From Lentisphaeria bacterium (GTDB taxonomy: Bacteria; Verrucomicrobiota; Lentisphaeria; Victivallales; Victivallaceae): a stretch of DNA of 63,699 nt. The translations under genes were made by a program, and so were the position numbers. Position 1 is the stretch's first letter. Each line of letters opens with the position of its first letter. The notes under the pieces were generated by a model. The model made no database searches. It was not told the origin of the DNA and saw nothing but the letters and a program-made list of their open reading frames with translations. The stretch is taken from NCBI GenBank assembly GCA_017508555.1, contig JAFVYP010000141.1, forward strand, positions 1-63,699. The letters are read 5' to 3'. Shown here piece after piece: positions 37,024-46,393 of this stretch.

Positions 37024-38862
37024 TTGGATATCTATGACGTCATCGTCGTCGGCGCAGGTCACGCCGGATGCGAAGCGGCTCTGGCCGCAGCGCGTCTGGG
37101 TGCCCGGACTGCGGTCCTCACTCTCAATCCGGATCACATCGCTCAAATGAGCTGCAATCCGGCCATCGGCGGTATCGCCAAAGGACAGGTCGTCCGTGAA
37201 ATCGACGCCATGGGCGGTTTTCAGGGGATCGTCACGGAGGCGGCGGCCATCCAGTTCCGCATGCTCAACCGGACCAAGGGACCGGCTGTCTGGTCTCCCC
37301 GGGCCCAGTGCGACAAATCCGCCTACCAGCGAGGCATGAAACTTCTGCTGGAGCAGACCCCGGGCATAGATATCCTTCAGTGCGAAGGAACTGGTTTCAT
37401 TCTTGAAAACGGCAGGATCACCGGCGTCACCAATCAGTTCGGCGACCAGATCCGCGGCAGAAGCGTTGTTTTGACGACGGGAACATTCCTCTGCGGAAAA
37501 CTCCACTACGGCATGCTGAATTTTCCCGGTGGACGCGCAGGAGATTTTCCGGCAGCGTATCTTTCGGCCGCACTCAGAGATCAGCTGGGCCTTGAAGTGG
37601 GACGTCTCAAAACGGGCACACCGCCCCGTATCCTGAAAAAATCCATTGATTTTTCCTCCCTTCAGCGTCAGGACTCGGAAGAGGCTCAGGAGGAATTCAG
37701 TTTCTGGAGCAAAGATCTTCACCCGGAACTGCCCAAAGCCCGGCGCCGCAGTCTTGCCTGTCACATGCTTTATACCACTGACGAAACGGCGAAGATCGTC
37801 CATGAAAACCTGCATCTTTCGCCCATGTACAGCGGCGTTATCAAGGGGATCGGCACACGCTACTGCCCCAGCTTTGAGGATAAAGTCGTCCGTTTTCCCC
37901 AGCACCCCCGGCATTTGCTCTTTCTGGAACCCGAAGGGGCGGAAACTGATGAGTATTATCTCAACGGATTTTCCTCCAGTCTCCCGGTGGAGGTGCAGAA
38001 AAAAATGGTCCATTCCCTGCCCGGACTGGAAAATGCCGTCATCAGCCGCTACGCTTATGCCATCGAATATGACTATCTGCCCCCCTCGCAGATGGAAAAA
38101 ACACTGCGCAACAAACGCTACGAAAACCTTTTCACCGCCGGACAGATCAACGGGACCAGCGGCTACGAAGAGGCCGCCGCTCAGGGACTGATCGCCGGTC
38201 TCAACGCCGCCCGCTGCGCCATGGGCAAAGAGCCGGTCTTTCCCGGACGGGATTCCTCCTATACCGGCGTGATGATCGACGATCTCACCTCCAAAGAGAT
38301 CGTGGAGCCTTACCGGCTTTTCACCAGCAGAGCGGAATACCGTCTGACGCTCCGTCAGGACAATGCTGACGTGCGTCTTTCTGAATTTGCCTATCAGCAC
38401 GGCCTGCTGCCTGAAGCCAAATATCAGCAGTTCAAAAAACGCAATGATGAATTCAGGGAGCTGCTGCGGTGCTGCCGGGAACGCAGATACAAGGGCAAAG
38501 CGCTTCTCACCTGGCTGAAACTGATGAAGGAAAATGTCCGCGGCGAACTTCCCTTCCCCGCAGAGCTTCTGCCGGAGTGGGATCCTGAAAAACGCGCCGC
38601 GCAGCAGGTGCTGATCGAAGCCTGTTACGATGGTTATCTCCAGCGGGAGGAAAAGGAGATCTCCCGCCGGGAAAATCAGGAGAATATGCCGATCCCGCCT
38701 GATTTTGATTACGATGCCCTTCCGGGCCTCTGCAACGAAGCCCGGCAGAAACTGCTCAAACTCCGTCCCGTCACACTGGGACAGGCCGGACGCATCGACG
38801 GCGTGACCCCCATCGACATCGCCCTGATCCAGGTGGCCCTCAAACGCGGAGACCGCAAATGA
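37024..38862 (+). CDS. mnmG: tRNA uridine-5-carboxymethylaminomethyl synthesis enzyme MnmG
   Basis: DVIVVGAGHAGCEAA FAD motif. Full-length GidA architecture. TTG start. Confidence 0.93.
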   Translation: MDIYDVIVVGAGHAGCEAALAAARLGARTAVLTLNPDHIAQMSCNPAIGGIAKGQVVREIDAMGGFQGIVTEAAAIQFRMLNRTKGPAVWSPRAQCDKSAYQRGMKLLLEQTPGIDILQCEGTGFILENGRITGVTNQFGDQIRGRSVVLTTGTFLCGKLHYGMLNFPGGRAGDFPAAYLSAALRDQLGLEVGRLKTGTPPRILKKSIDFSSLQRQDSEEAQEEFSFWSKDLHPELPKARRRSLACHMLYTTDETAKIVHENLHLSPMYSGVIKGIGTRYCPSFEDKVVRFPQHPRHLLFLEPEGAETDEYYLNGFSSSLPVEVQKKMVHSLPGLENAVISRYAYAIEYDYLPPSQMEKTLRNKRYENLFTAGQINGTSGYEEAAAQGLIAGLNAARCAMGKEPVFPGRDSSYTGVMIDDLTSKEIVEPYRLFTSRAEYRLTLRQDNADVRLSEFAYQHGLLPEAKYQQFKKRNDEFRELLRCCRERRYKGKALLTWLKLMKENVRGELPFPAELLPEWDPEKRAAQQVLIEACYDGYLQREEKEISRRENQENMPIPPDFDYDALPGLCNEARQKLLKLRPVTLGQAGRIDGVTPIDIALIQVALKRGDRK

Positions 38863-39782
38863 CGCCCCGGGAACTGGCCTGGTCGAAATTCAAAAGAAAC
38901 AAAACCGCGCTGTTTTCTCTTCTGGTGGTCTCTCTCTATCTGCTGACGGCTGCAGGCTTTGAACTCCACGGCATCCTCTGCCGGAAAAACAGGACTGTTC
39001 CCGTCTATGCACAGGGCTCGGCGGCACATTTTGCGCCCCCCGGCAGGAAACACCTGCTGGGAACAGACTATCAGGGACGCGATGTCCTGCTGCGCAGTCT
39101 GGCCGCCAGCGCCACCGCTGTCAAGATCGGCGTGATTTCAGGCGTCATCACCATTGCCATCGGTGTCACCCTCGGATGTATTTCCGGCTTTTACGGCGGC
39201 AAGGCCGATGATGCTGTCATCTGGCTTTACAGCACCATCGCCAGCATGCCGACCCTTTTGTTCATCCTCGCCTTTGCCCTGCTGGTCTCCCGGGGCTATC
39301 TCTCTCCGGAGCTTCAGAAGGCGGTCAATACCTTTTCTGAGCTTCTCAACGTGGAACCGGGCATGCTGGCCGTCTATGCGGCTGTGGGTCTGACAGGCTG
39401 GGTCACCCTCTGCCGGGTGGTCCGCGGAGAGACCATGAAACTCAAACGCCGGGCCTTCGTTGAAGCCGCACGCGTGGCAGGCGTGCCGGATCACATCATC
39501 ATCTTCCGGCACATCCTCCCCAATGTCGCTCATCTGGCTATCATCTATTTTACCCTGACCTTTGCCGGTTCGGTCATGCTGGAAGTCATCGTCAGCTATC
39601 TGGGGTTCGGTGTCCAGAGCGCGCCCAGTTGGGGCGTTATGATCTCCGACGGTCAGGAGCGCCTGTGGCGCGGCGTCTGGTGGGAGCTGGCCGGCGCCTC
39701 AGGAGCCATGTTCATTCTGGTTCTGGCCCTCAACCTGCTGGGAGATGCCCTCAGGGATGCGCTGGACCCCTATGCTGACTGA
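38859..39782 (+). CDS. ABC transporter permease, OppC/DppC-like
   Basis: LLGTDYQGRDVLLRS and a BPD-transporter-type TM core. Start overlaps the mnmG stop (ATGA). Confidence 0.8.
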   Translation: MTPRELAWSKFKRNKTALFSLLVVSLYLLTAAGFELHGILCRKNRTVPVYAQGSAAHFAPPGRKHLLGTDYQGRDVLLRSLAASATAVKIGVISGVITIAIGVTLGCISGFYGGKADDAVIWLYSTIASMPTLLFILAFALLVSRGYLSPELQKAVNTFSELLNVEPGMLAVYAAVGLTGWVTLCRVVRGETMKLKRRAFVEAARVAGVPDHIIIFRHILPNVAHLAIIYFTLTFAGSVMLEVIVSYLGFGVQSAPSWGVMISDGQERLWRGVWWELAGASGAMFILVLALNLLGDALRDALDPYAD

Positions 39783-39804
39783 AGTACGGCAGCGCAACAC
39801 AAGC

Positions 39805-39838
39805 AAGTTTCACAATTTGAAACTTTTCTGTTTTTTTT
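39805..39838 (+). terminator. Rho-independent terminator after the permease gene
   Basis: AAGTTTCA-CAATT-TGAAACTT followed by TTCTGTTTTTTTT. Confidence 0.6.
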
Positions 39839-39859
39839 CAATTTTTTTCAGATCTGCTC

Positions 39860-39887
39860 TTGCAGATAAGGCAAAAATCAATATAAT
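39860..39887 (+). promoter_or_regulatory. Sigma70-like promoter for the pseudopilin gene (TTGCAG-N16-TATAAT)
   Basis: Hexamers at 39860-39865 and 39882-39887, in an A/T-rich spacer. Confidence 0.55.
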
Positions 39888-39976
39888 AGAGAACAGTTAA
39901 TGATGATTATTGCTATTTGGATTGAGCTCTGAATAGAAGTCATCAATAAAAAAAAGAAATCGAAAGGATTAAAAAA

Positions 39977-40669
39977 ATGAAGAAAAGTCGTGGATTCACT
40001 CTGATCGAGCTCCTCGTCGTCATCGCCATCATCGCGATCCTCGCCGGCATGCTGCTCCCCGCTCTGCAGCAGGCCCGTGAACGTGCCCGTCGCATCAACT
40101 GCGCCAGCAACCTGAAGCAGATCGGCACCGCCATGAAACTGTACAGCTCCAGCTTCAACGACAAGCTCCCCGGCGGACCTGCCCGTCAGGGTGGCAACAC
40201 CGCCAACACTGTTCTGCCCAATGGTAACGGTGACAATGGTCTGGAAATCCTCCGTGCCAATGACTTCCTGACCGACTATGCTGTTTTCGTCTGCCCCTCC
40301 AGCACCACCTCTGCCGGTACCGGTACCGTCCGTCTGACCTATGGTCCCAGCGGTGACACCAACAACGTTGCCAATGCCAGCTATGGTTTCGTCGGCGGCA
40401 TGATCGAAGGCGACAGCAACATCTACGGCCGCGCCGATTCCGCTATCTCCGCTGACCTCACCGGTAACAACGGTGGTACCATCAACGTCGGCAGCAACAA
40501 CGGTAACCCCAACCACACCGGTTTCGGTAACATCCTCTATCAGGGCGGCCACGTCACCGGTCACACCGGCAACGGCTGGTTCACCCTCGAGAGCGTCGGT
40601 CTGAAGACCAACATGGCCAACTACATGGTTCCCAACAACGTCACCGACGCCAACGGCAAAAAGCTCTAA
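39977..40669 (+). CDS. Prepilin-type N-terminal cleavage/methylation domain protein (DUF1559 / H-X9-DG-like pseudopilin)
   Basis: [49 protein letters not shown]-terminal [14 protein letters not shown] resembles the H-X9-DG block. Confidence 0.88.
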   Translation: MKKSRGFTLIELLVVIAIIAILAGMLLPALQQARERARRINCASNLKQIGTAMKLYSSSFNDKLPGGPARQGGNTANTVLPNGNGDNGLEILRANDFLTDYAVFVCPSSTTSAGTGTVRLTYGPSGDTNNVANASYGFVGGMIEGDSNIYGRADSAISADLTGNNGGTINVGSNNGNPNHTGFGNILYQGGHVTGHTGNGWFTLESVGLKTNMANYMVPNNVTDANGKKL

Positions 40670-40700
40670 TTCTGATCTCAGAACAAAGAGAATATTTCAA

Positions 40701-40734
40701 AACGCAGAGCCCTCAAAAGCTCTGCGTTTTTTTT
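40701..40734 (+). terminator. Rho-independent terminator after the pseudopilin gene
   Basis: AACGCAGAGC-CCTCAAAA-GCTCTGCGTT followed by a T-run. Confidence 0.8.
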
Positions 40735-40745
40735 ATTTTTGCACT

Positions 40746-40842
40746 CGCCTCGACAAGGGTTATGACATCGCGAAAAAAAGGCCGAATGCTGACTCCGGCA
40801 TCTTTCGTTTCGCGGAAAAACAGTTTGCCCCCTTTCTCCCCC
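40746..40842 (+). repeat. Decayed copy of the MITE/REP-like repeat (variant B arrangement)
   Basis: CGCCTCGACAAGGGTTATGACATCGCG...GGCCGAATGCTGACTCCGGCATCTTTCGTTTCGCGGAAAAACAG...CCCTTTCTCCCCC parallels 48075-48170 with many substitutions. Confidence 0.55.
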
Positions 40843-41015
40843 TTCCGGAAAATCCTGTTTCCTTTTCCGTTCCTGACCGGCTGGCAGGAGAAAAAACGCT
40901 GTTCTGCCGTTTTCAGGGATCTTTATTGTAAACTCTCCTTGAAAAAAGAACGTTTCCACGGTAAATTATAGCGATTATATTTTTTGAAACCTTCACAAAA
41001 AAAGGATATAACGTT

Positions 41016-42944
41016 ATGGATACCGGAAAATTTTACGTTACAACTCCGATTTATTATGTCAATGACCGTCCTCATATCGGTCACGCCTACACCACGATCC
41101 TGGCCGACGTGCTGGCCCGTTTCCACCGTTCCCTCGGCGACAACACCTTTTTCCTGACCGGAACAGATGAACACGGCCAGAAAGTAGAAAAAGCCGCCGC
41201 CAAAAACAATATGGATCCCCAGGTCCACTGTGACGAGACCGTGGTGCGCTTTCAGGAACTCTGGAAAAAACTGGGCATAACCAATGATAAATTCATCCGC
41301 ACCACTCAGGATTTCCACAAAAAAGTCGTCCAGACCATCTTGCAGGAGCTGTACGACCGTGGAGAGATCTACCGGGCGGAATATACCGGCTGGTACTGTG
41401 TGGGCGATGAACGCTTTTTTACTGAAAAAGATCTGGTGGACGGCAAATGTCCTGAATGCGGCCGGGAGGTCACAGCCATCCAGGAATCCAACTACTTTTT
41501 CAAAATGGGACAGTACCGGGATTGGCTGGTGGACTACATCAAAACCCATCCCGATTTCATCCTGCCTGAGTTCCGCGCCAACGAGACCTTGGGATTCCTG
41601 CGTCAGGAGCTGGGCGATCTCTGCATCAGCCGCCCCAAATCCCGTCTGGCCTGGGGTATTGAACTGCCCTTCGACAAGGATTATGTCTGCTATGTCTGGT
41701 TCGATGCCCTCATCAACTATATCTCCGGCGTGGGATATCTTCAGGATGCGGATAACTTCGCCAAATGGTGGCCTGCCAGCTGCCAGCTGATCGGCAAAGA
41801 TATCCTCACCACCCACTCCGTTTACTGGCCCACCATGCTCAAAGCCATGGGCCTGCCCATGCCCAAAACCATCTTCGCCCACGGCTGGTGGCTGACGGGC
41901 AATACCAAAATGAGCAAATCTCTGGGCAATGTGGTCGATCCCATGGCCATGATCGAGCGGGCCGGGGTGGATGCCTTCCGCTACTTCCTGCTCTCTGAAA
42001 TGACCCTGGGCAACGACGCCAATTTCAGCGAAGAGACCTTTATTTCACGGTACAACAGCGATCTGGCCAATGATCTGGGCAACTTTGTCTCCCGGGTCAA
42101 CAAACTTGTTCTGCGCGCCACAAACGGTCCTGTTCCCGCGCCGGGCAAACTGGAGCCGGAGGATGAAGAGCTTCTTGCCACAGTCCGCGACGCCGCAGAA
42201 AAAATGGCGGCAAGCCTCAGCAATATGAAACTTGACAGCGGCATCGCCTCCGTTCTCGGCGCTGTCCGTGCCGGCAACCGCTATATGGAAAAATGCGCCC
42301 CCTGGGTGCTGGCCAAAGAGGGAAAAACAGAACGTCTCCACACGGTGCTGTACTGCTCAGCAGAACTGCTCCGTCAGGTGGCTGTGCTGCTGGAACCTGT
42401 CATGCCCGAAAAAATGGCTCAGCTGGGCAGGATTTTGGGATACGCCCAGGGAGAACTGGGCGCCATCTCCGATCTGGCCAAAAAGGAAAGCGATCTTGCC
42501 GGACGCATCATGACGGAAACAGACCCCCTCTTCCCCCGTATCCTTGTGGAAGAAAAGGCCTGTGAAGCCGCCCCCGCTCCCAAAAAGGAAAAACAGGCCA
42601 AAAAAGAGGAAAAACCTGTCAATCTCATCACCATCGACGATTTCTTCAAAGCTGAACTCAAAACGGCAAAGATCCTTGCCGCAGAAGCTGTTCCGGAAGC
42701 GGATAAACTGCTCAAGCTGCAGATCGACGTGGGCGGTGTCCCCCGCCAGATCGTTGCCGGTATCGCCAAGAGCTACACGCCGGAGTCCCTCATCGGACGC
42801 ACCATCGTCATCGTGGCCAATCTGCAGCCGGCCAGGATCCGGGGCATCGACTCCTGCGGCATGCTGCTGGCGGCCAAGGCCGGAAAAGAGCTGAAACTGG
42901 TCACCGTTGACGGTGAGATCGCTTCCGGCGCCAGTGTCGGATAA
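41016..42944 (+). CDS. metG: Methionine--tRNA ligase with C-terminal tRNA-binding (Trbp111-like) domain
   Basis: HIGHAYT and KMSKSLGN class I motifs. C-terminal LKLQIDVGG...IVANL block. Confidence 0.94.
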   Translation: MDTGKFYVTTPIYYVNDRPHIGHAYTTILADVLARFHRSLGDNTFFLTGTDEHGQKVEKAAAKNNMDPQVHCDETVVRFQELWKKLGITNDKFIRTTQDFHKKVVQTILQELYDRGEIYRAEYTGWYCVGDERFFTEKDLVDGKCPECGREVTAIQESNYFFKMGQYRDWLVDYIKTHPDFILPEFRANETLGFLRQELGDLCISRPKSRLAWGIELPFDKDYVCYVWFDALINYISGVGYLQDADNFAKWWPASCQLIGKDILTTHSVYWPTMLKAMGLPMPKTIFAHGWWLTGNTKMSKSLGNVVDPMAMIERAGVDAFRYFLLSEMTLGNDANFSEETFISRYNSDLANDLGNFVSRVNKLVLRATNGPVPAPGKLEPEDEELLATVRDAAEKMAASLSNMKLDSGIASVLGAVRAGNRYMEKCAPWVLAKEGKTERLHTVLYCSAELLRQVAVLLEPVMPEKMAQLGRILGYAQGELGAISDLAKKESDLAGRIMTETDPLFPRILVEEKACEAAPAPKKEKQAKKEEKPVNLITIDDFFKAELKTAKILAAEAVPEADKLLKLQIDVGGVPRQIVAGIAKSYTPESLIGRTIVIVANLQPARIRGIDSCGMLLAAKAGKELKLVTVDGEIASGASVG

Positions 42945-42966
42945 TCAATACAGGAGAGGTTCTGTC

Positions 42967-43629
42967 ATGGAAATCGCTATTGCTGCAGCTGTCTGTGCGT
43001 TTGCCTACTTTTTCGGCGCCATCCCCTTTGCCCTCATCATCGGGAAACTCCACGGTGTGGATATCCGCAAAGTCGGCTCCGGCAACGTGGGCGCGACCAA
43101 TGTGACCCGCGCCGTGGGTCCCCTTCAGGGAAAGATCTGCTTCGTCCTTGATCTGCTCAAAGGCGCCATTCCCGTTCTGGCGGCCCAGGTGCTTCTGCCC
43201 GGACAGGCCGGGATCGCCATCGCCGCCGGAGCCATCGCCATTGCCGGTCACATGTTCCCCGTTTATCTCAAGTTCAAGGGAGGCAAAGGCGTCAGCACCG
43301 GCGCCGGAGCGGCTCTGGCCCTGGCTCCGCTGCCGCTGCTGTGCGCCCTGGCGTTGTGGGTGATCCTCTTTCTGGCCACCCGTTATGTTTCCGTTGCCAG
43401 CATCATCGCCGCCGCTGCCCTTCCCGTCGCTGCCTTTTTCTTCCGCCTCGGCAAAATCGGCAGCCTGACGGCCAGAAGTCTGCCGGTGCTGATCTTTTTC
43501 TGCATCATCGCCGCCGTGACCGTTTACCGCCACCGCAGCAATATCAAACGCCTTATGGAGGGCACAGAAAACCGGTTTGAAAAGAAACGCAGCACCTCTT
43601 CTGCTGACGATCCCAAAGAAGAAGCGTAA
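42967..43629 (+). CDS. plsY: Acyl-phosphate glycerol-3-phosphate acyltransferase PlsY
   Basis: GSGNVGATNV motif in a polytopic membrane protein. ATG 42967 follows AGGAGAGG. Confidence 0.88.
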   Translation: MEIAIAAAVCAFAYFFGAIPFALIIGKLHGVDIRKVGSGNVGATNVTRAVGPLQGKICFVLDLLKGAIPVLAAQVLLPGQAGIAIAAGAIAIAGHMFPVYLKFKGGKGVSTGAGAALALAPLPLLCALALWVILFLATRYVSVASIIAAAALPVAAFFFRLGKIGSLTARSLPVLIFFCIIAAVTVYRHRSNIKRLMEGTENRFEKKRSTSSADDPKEEA

Positions 43630-43663
43630 AATCCGGTATTGGAACAGAGGCAAAAAAATAATA

Positions 43664-43692
43664 TTGAAAAACTGTTTTTTTGAGTGTATATT
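43664..43692 (+). promoter_or_regulatory. Sigma70-like promoter for serC (TTGAAA-N17-TATATT)
   Basis: Hexamers at 43664-43669 and 43687-43692. Confidence 0.5.
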
Positions 43693-43736
43693 ATAAGAAC
43701 ACTTAATTTCAAACCTTTTCAGGAGAAAAGAGAACC

Positions 43737-44816
43737 ATGAAGATCTACAATTTCGCAGCAGGTCCGGCCATGCTCCCGACCGAAGTCATGAAAAAAGCCC
43801 AGGAAGAATTTTCCGCTTATCAGGATAGCGGCAGCGGTTTGATGGAACTCTCTCACCGCGGCAAATATTTCAAGCCCGTCATCGAACGCGCAGAAAACAA
43901 TGTCCGTGAGCTGCTGGGACTGACTGATGAGTACAGCGTTCTTTTCATCCAGGGCGGTGCCAGCATGCAGTTCTGCATGATCCCCATGAACCTGCTCAAC
44001 GGCGGAACCGCTGACGTGGTTGAGACCGGTGTCTGGAGCAAAAAGGCCGCCAAAGAGGCCAAACTCTTCGGCAACGTCAATATCGTCGCCTCCAGCGCCG
44101 AGACCAAATACGACCACATCCCCGCTGTCAGCCAGTGGAAAATGACTCCCGGCGCAGCTTATCTGCACATCACCAGCAACAACACCATCGCCGGTACCCA
44201 GTATCAGCAGCTGCCCACGGCTCCCGCCGGTGTGCCTCTGATCGCTGACATGTCCAGCGATATCATGTCCAGAGTCTTTGACGCCACCAAGTTCGATATG
44301 ATCTATGCCGGCGCCCAGAAGAACCTGGGTCCCAGCGGTGTCACCCTGGTCGTTATGAAGAAGGCTCTGGCCGAACGGACCGCTGCCAATGTCCCCACCA
44401 TGTTGCGTTACAGCACCTATATCGACGAAGGCTCCATGTTCAACACGCCGCCGACCTACTCCGTCTATATGCTGGCCCTCGTCACCGACTGGATCAAGGC
44501 CAAAGGCGGTATCGCCGGTGTGGAAGAGGTCAACAACGTCAAGGCTGCCAAGCTCTATGACTTCCTGGACAACAGCTCCTTCTTCAAGAGCCCCGTCGCC
44601 AAAGCCGACCGTTCCAGAATGAACGTCGTCTTCCGTACCCCCAGCGAAGAGCTGGATGCCAAGTTCATCGCTGAAGCCAAAAACAACGGCCTCACCGAAC
44701 TCAAGGGCCACCGTCTCGTGGGCGGCTGCCGCGCCAGTATCTACAACGCCATGCCTCTGGAAGGTGTTGAAGCTCTCATCGCCTTCATGAAGGACTTTGA
44801 GCTGGCCAACCGCTGA
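43737..44816 (+). CDS. serC: Phosphoserine aminotransferase
   Basis: NFAAGPAMLP N-terminus and class V aminotransferase blocks. 359 aa. Confidence 0.93.
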   Translation: MKIYNFAAGPAMLPTEVMKKAQEEFSAYQDSGSGLMELSHRGKYFKPVIERAENNVRELLGLTDEYSVLFIQGGASMQFCMIPMNLLNGGTADVVETGVWSKKAAKEAKLFGNVNIVASSAETKYDHIPAVSQWKMTPGAAYLHITSNNTIAGTQYQQLPTAPAGVPLIADMSSDIMSRVFDATKFDMIYAGAQKNLGPSGVTLVVMKKALAERTAANVPTMLRYSTYIDEGSMFNTPPTYSVYMLALVTDWIKAKGGIAGVEEVNNVKAAKLYDFLDNSSFFKSPVAKADRSRMNVVFRTPSEELDAKFIAEAKNNGLTELKGHRLVGGCRASIYNAMPLEGVEALIAFMKDFELANR

Positions 44817-44834
44817 CAGGCTGTCTGATATCCC

Positions 44835-44870
44835 GGGCCCGAAGCGGTAATAACGCTTCGGGCCCTTTTT
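44835..44870 (+). terminator. Rho-independent terminator after serC
   Basis: 12-bp stem GGGCCCGAAGCG / CGCTTCGGGCCC, 7-nt loop, then TTTTT. Confidence 0.85.
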
Positions 44871-44873
44871 CAC

Positions 44874-44908
44874 AACGCGCTGTTCCCGACAAGGGGAAGG
44901 GGCAGCGG
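44874..44908 (+). repeat. Solo-end fragment of the MITE/REP-like repeat
   Basis: AACGCGCTGTTCCCGACAAGGGG matches the left terminus of the full copies. The rest of the element is absent. Confidence 0.7.
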
Positions 44909-44942
44909 AAACAAAGCCTGCCTGAAAGGGGGAAAACAGATC

Positions 44943-45500
44943 ATGAGTACGAAAACAGGTATCCACGGAAGAGAAACCATTGCCTCAGGCAAATATCTGA
45001 CCTTGCAGAAGGTCTCCTTCACCAACGGCAGAGGTCTGACCGGCGTGTGGGAGTGCGTCAACCGCACCAATGCAACAGGTGCGGCAGTCATCATCCCCCG
45101 TCTCATGCCGGGAGATGATCTGATCCTGATCCGTCAGTTCCGTCCGCCTGCGGGACGCTACATGATCGAATTTCCGGCAGGTCTCATCGAAGAGGGCGAA
45201 ACACCTGAAAGCACCGCCCTGCGGGAGCTGTATGAAGAGACCGGTTATACGGGAAAGATCGAAAAGGTCATTCCTCCCTCCTACAACTCCCCCGGCATGT
45301 CCGGTGAGACTGTTTCCATGGTCATTATGACGGTGGATAAAAATGAATATCCGCAGATCCCTGAAAACCATCAGGAGGCCTCGGAGGATATCCAGACCCT
45401 CATCGTCAGCCGGGCTGACCTGCCTGCTTTCGTTGAAAAAGCCATTGCCGACGGCGACGGTATCGACGCCAGGATTGCTGTTTTTGCGGCCATGTTATGA
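44943..45500 (+). CDS. NUDIX hydrolase (ADP-ribose pyrophosphatase-like)
   Basis: Nudix box GLIEEGETPESTALRELYEETG. Confidence 0.85.
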   Translation: MSTKTGIHGRETIASGKYLTLQKVSFTNGRGLTGVWECVNRTNATGAAVIIPRLMPGDDLILIRQFRPPAGRYMIEFPAGLIEEGETPESTALRELYEETGYTGKIEKVIPPSYNSPGMSGETVSMVIMTVDKNEYPQIPENHQEASEDIQTLIVSRADLPAFVEKAIADGDGIDARIAVFAAML

Positions 45501-46393
45501 CAGAAGAAGTATCCCTTGTTTCCTGCATTGATCTGCACACCCACAGCACCGCTTCGGACGGCAGTTTCCCTCCGGAAGAACTTCCCCGAACGGCGGCGGC
45601 AAAGGGACTTTGTGCAGTCGCCCTGACCGATCATGATACCGTGGCGGGAATACCGGCTTTTCTCGAAGCCGGAAAAAGTTTTCCTCATCTTGAAACCATC
45701 CCCGGGGTGGAGCTGGCGGCCATGTACGGCAGCAGAGAGCTGCATATCGTCGGCCTCTATATAGACCATGACAGCCCTGCCCTCGCCGCCTATCTGGCTG
45801 AACAGCGGGAAATGCGCCGCAGACGCAATGAGGATATCAGGGTCAAACTCAATATCCTCGGTTATGCCACCAGCTGGAGCGATGAAGCCTTTGCCGGCAG
45901 AGATCCCTCCACAGTGGGCCGTCCTCACTTTGCCCGGCATCTCTGTCTGGCCCATCATTTCACAGATTCCCGTCAGGCCTTTGACAAACTGCTGGGCCGC
46001 AGCCGCCCGGCTTATGTTCCCCGGAAACTGCCGGAGTACCAGAAGGCCATTGCCGCCATTCACGCCTCCGGCGGACTGGCTGTCTGGGCGCACCCCATTT
46101 ACCGGGAACGCAACGAAGGCGGATGGCTCCGGCGTGTGGCCCGGCATCTCAAAGCGGCCGGTCTGGACGGTATCGAAGGCTATTACAGCATGTTCAGTCC
46201 CGTGGAGACGGCTCTGGTCATGGAAACGGCTCAAAACAATGATCTTGTTCTTTCCGGCGGCAGTGACTGGCATGGGGAAAACTCGCCTGATATCCAAATG
46301 GGTTCCGGCATGGGCGGTCTGCGGGTCCCGGCAGAGCTGCTGACAGCGCTGAAAGAACGGAAACTGCTCAACAGTCAGGGCCGCTCACAATGA
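45497..46393 (+). CDS. PHP-domain phosphoesterase (TrpH/YciV-like)
   Basis: IDLHTHSTASDG, LTDHDT and SGGSDWHG metal-ligand blocks. Start overlaps the NUDIX stop (ATGA). Confidence 0.85.
   Translation: MTEEVSLVSCIDLHTHSTASDGSFPPEELPRTAAAKGLCAVALTDHDTVAGIPAFLEAGKSFPHLETIPGVELAAMYGSRELHIVGLYIDHDSPALAAYLAEQREMRRRRNEDIRVKLNILGYATSWSDEAFAGRDPSTVGRPHFARHLCLAHHFTDSRQAFDKLLGRSRPAYVPRKLPEYQKAIAAIHASGGLAVWAHPIYRERNEGGWLRRVARHLKAAGLDGIEGYYSMFSPVETALVMETAQNNDLVLSGGSDWHGENSPDIQMGSGMGGLRVPAELLTALKERKLLNSQGRSQ

Noticed and set aside
35821-38400. 859-aa minus-strand ORF
   Set aside because: It is antisense to prfB and mnmG, which have clear SPF/GGQ and FAD motifs. It has no motifs of its own.
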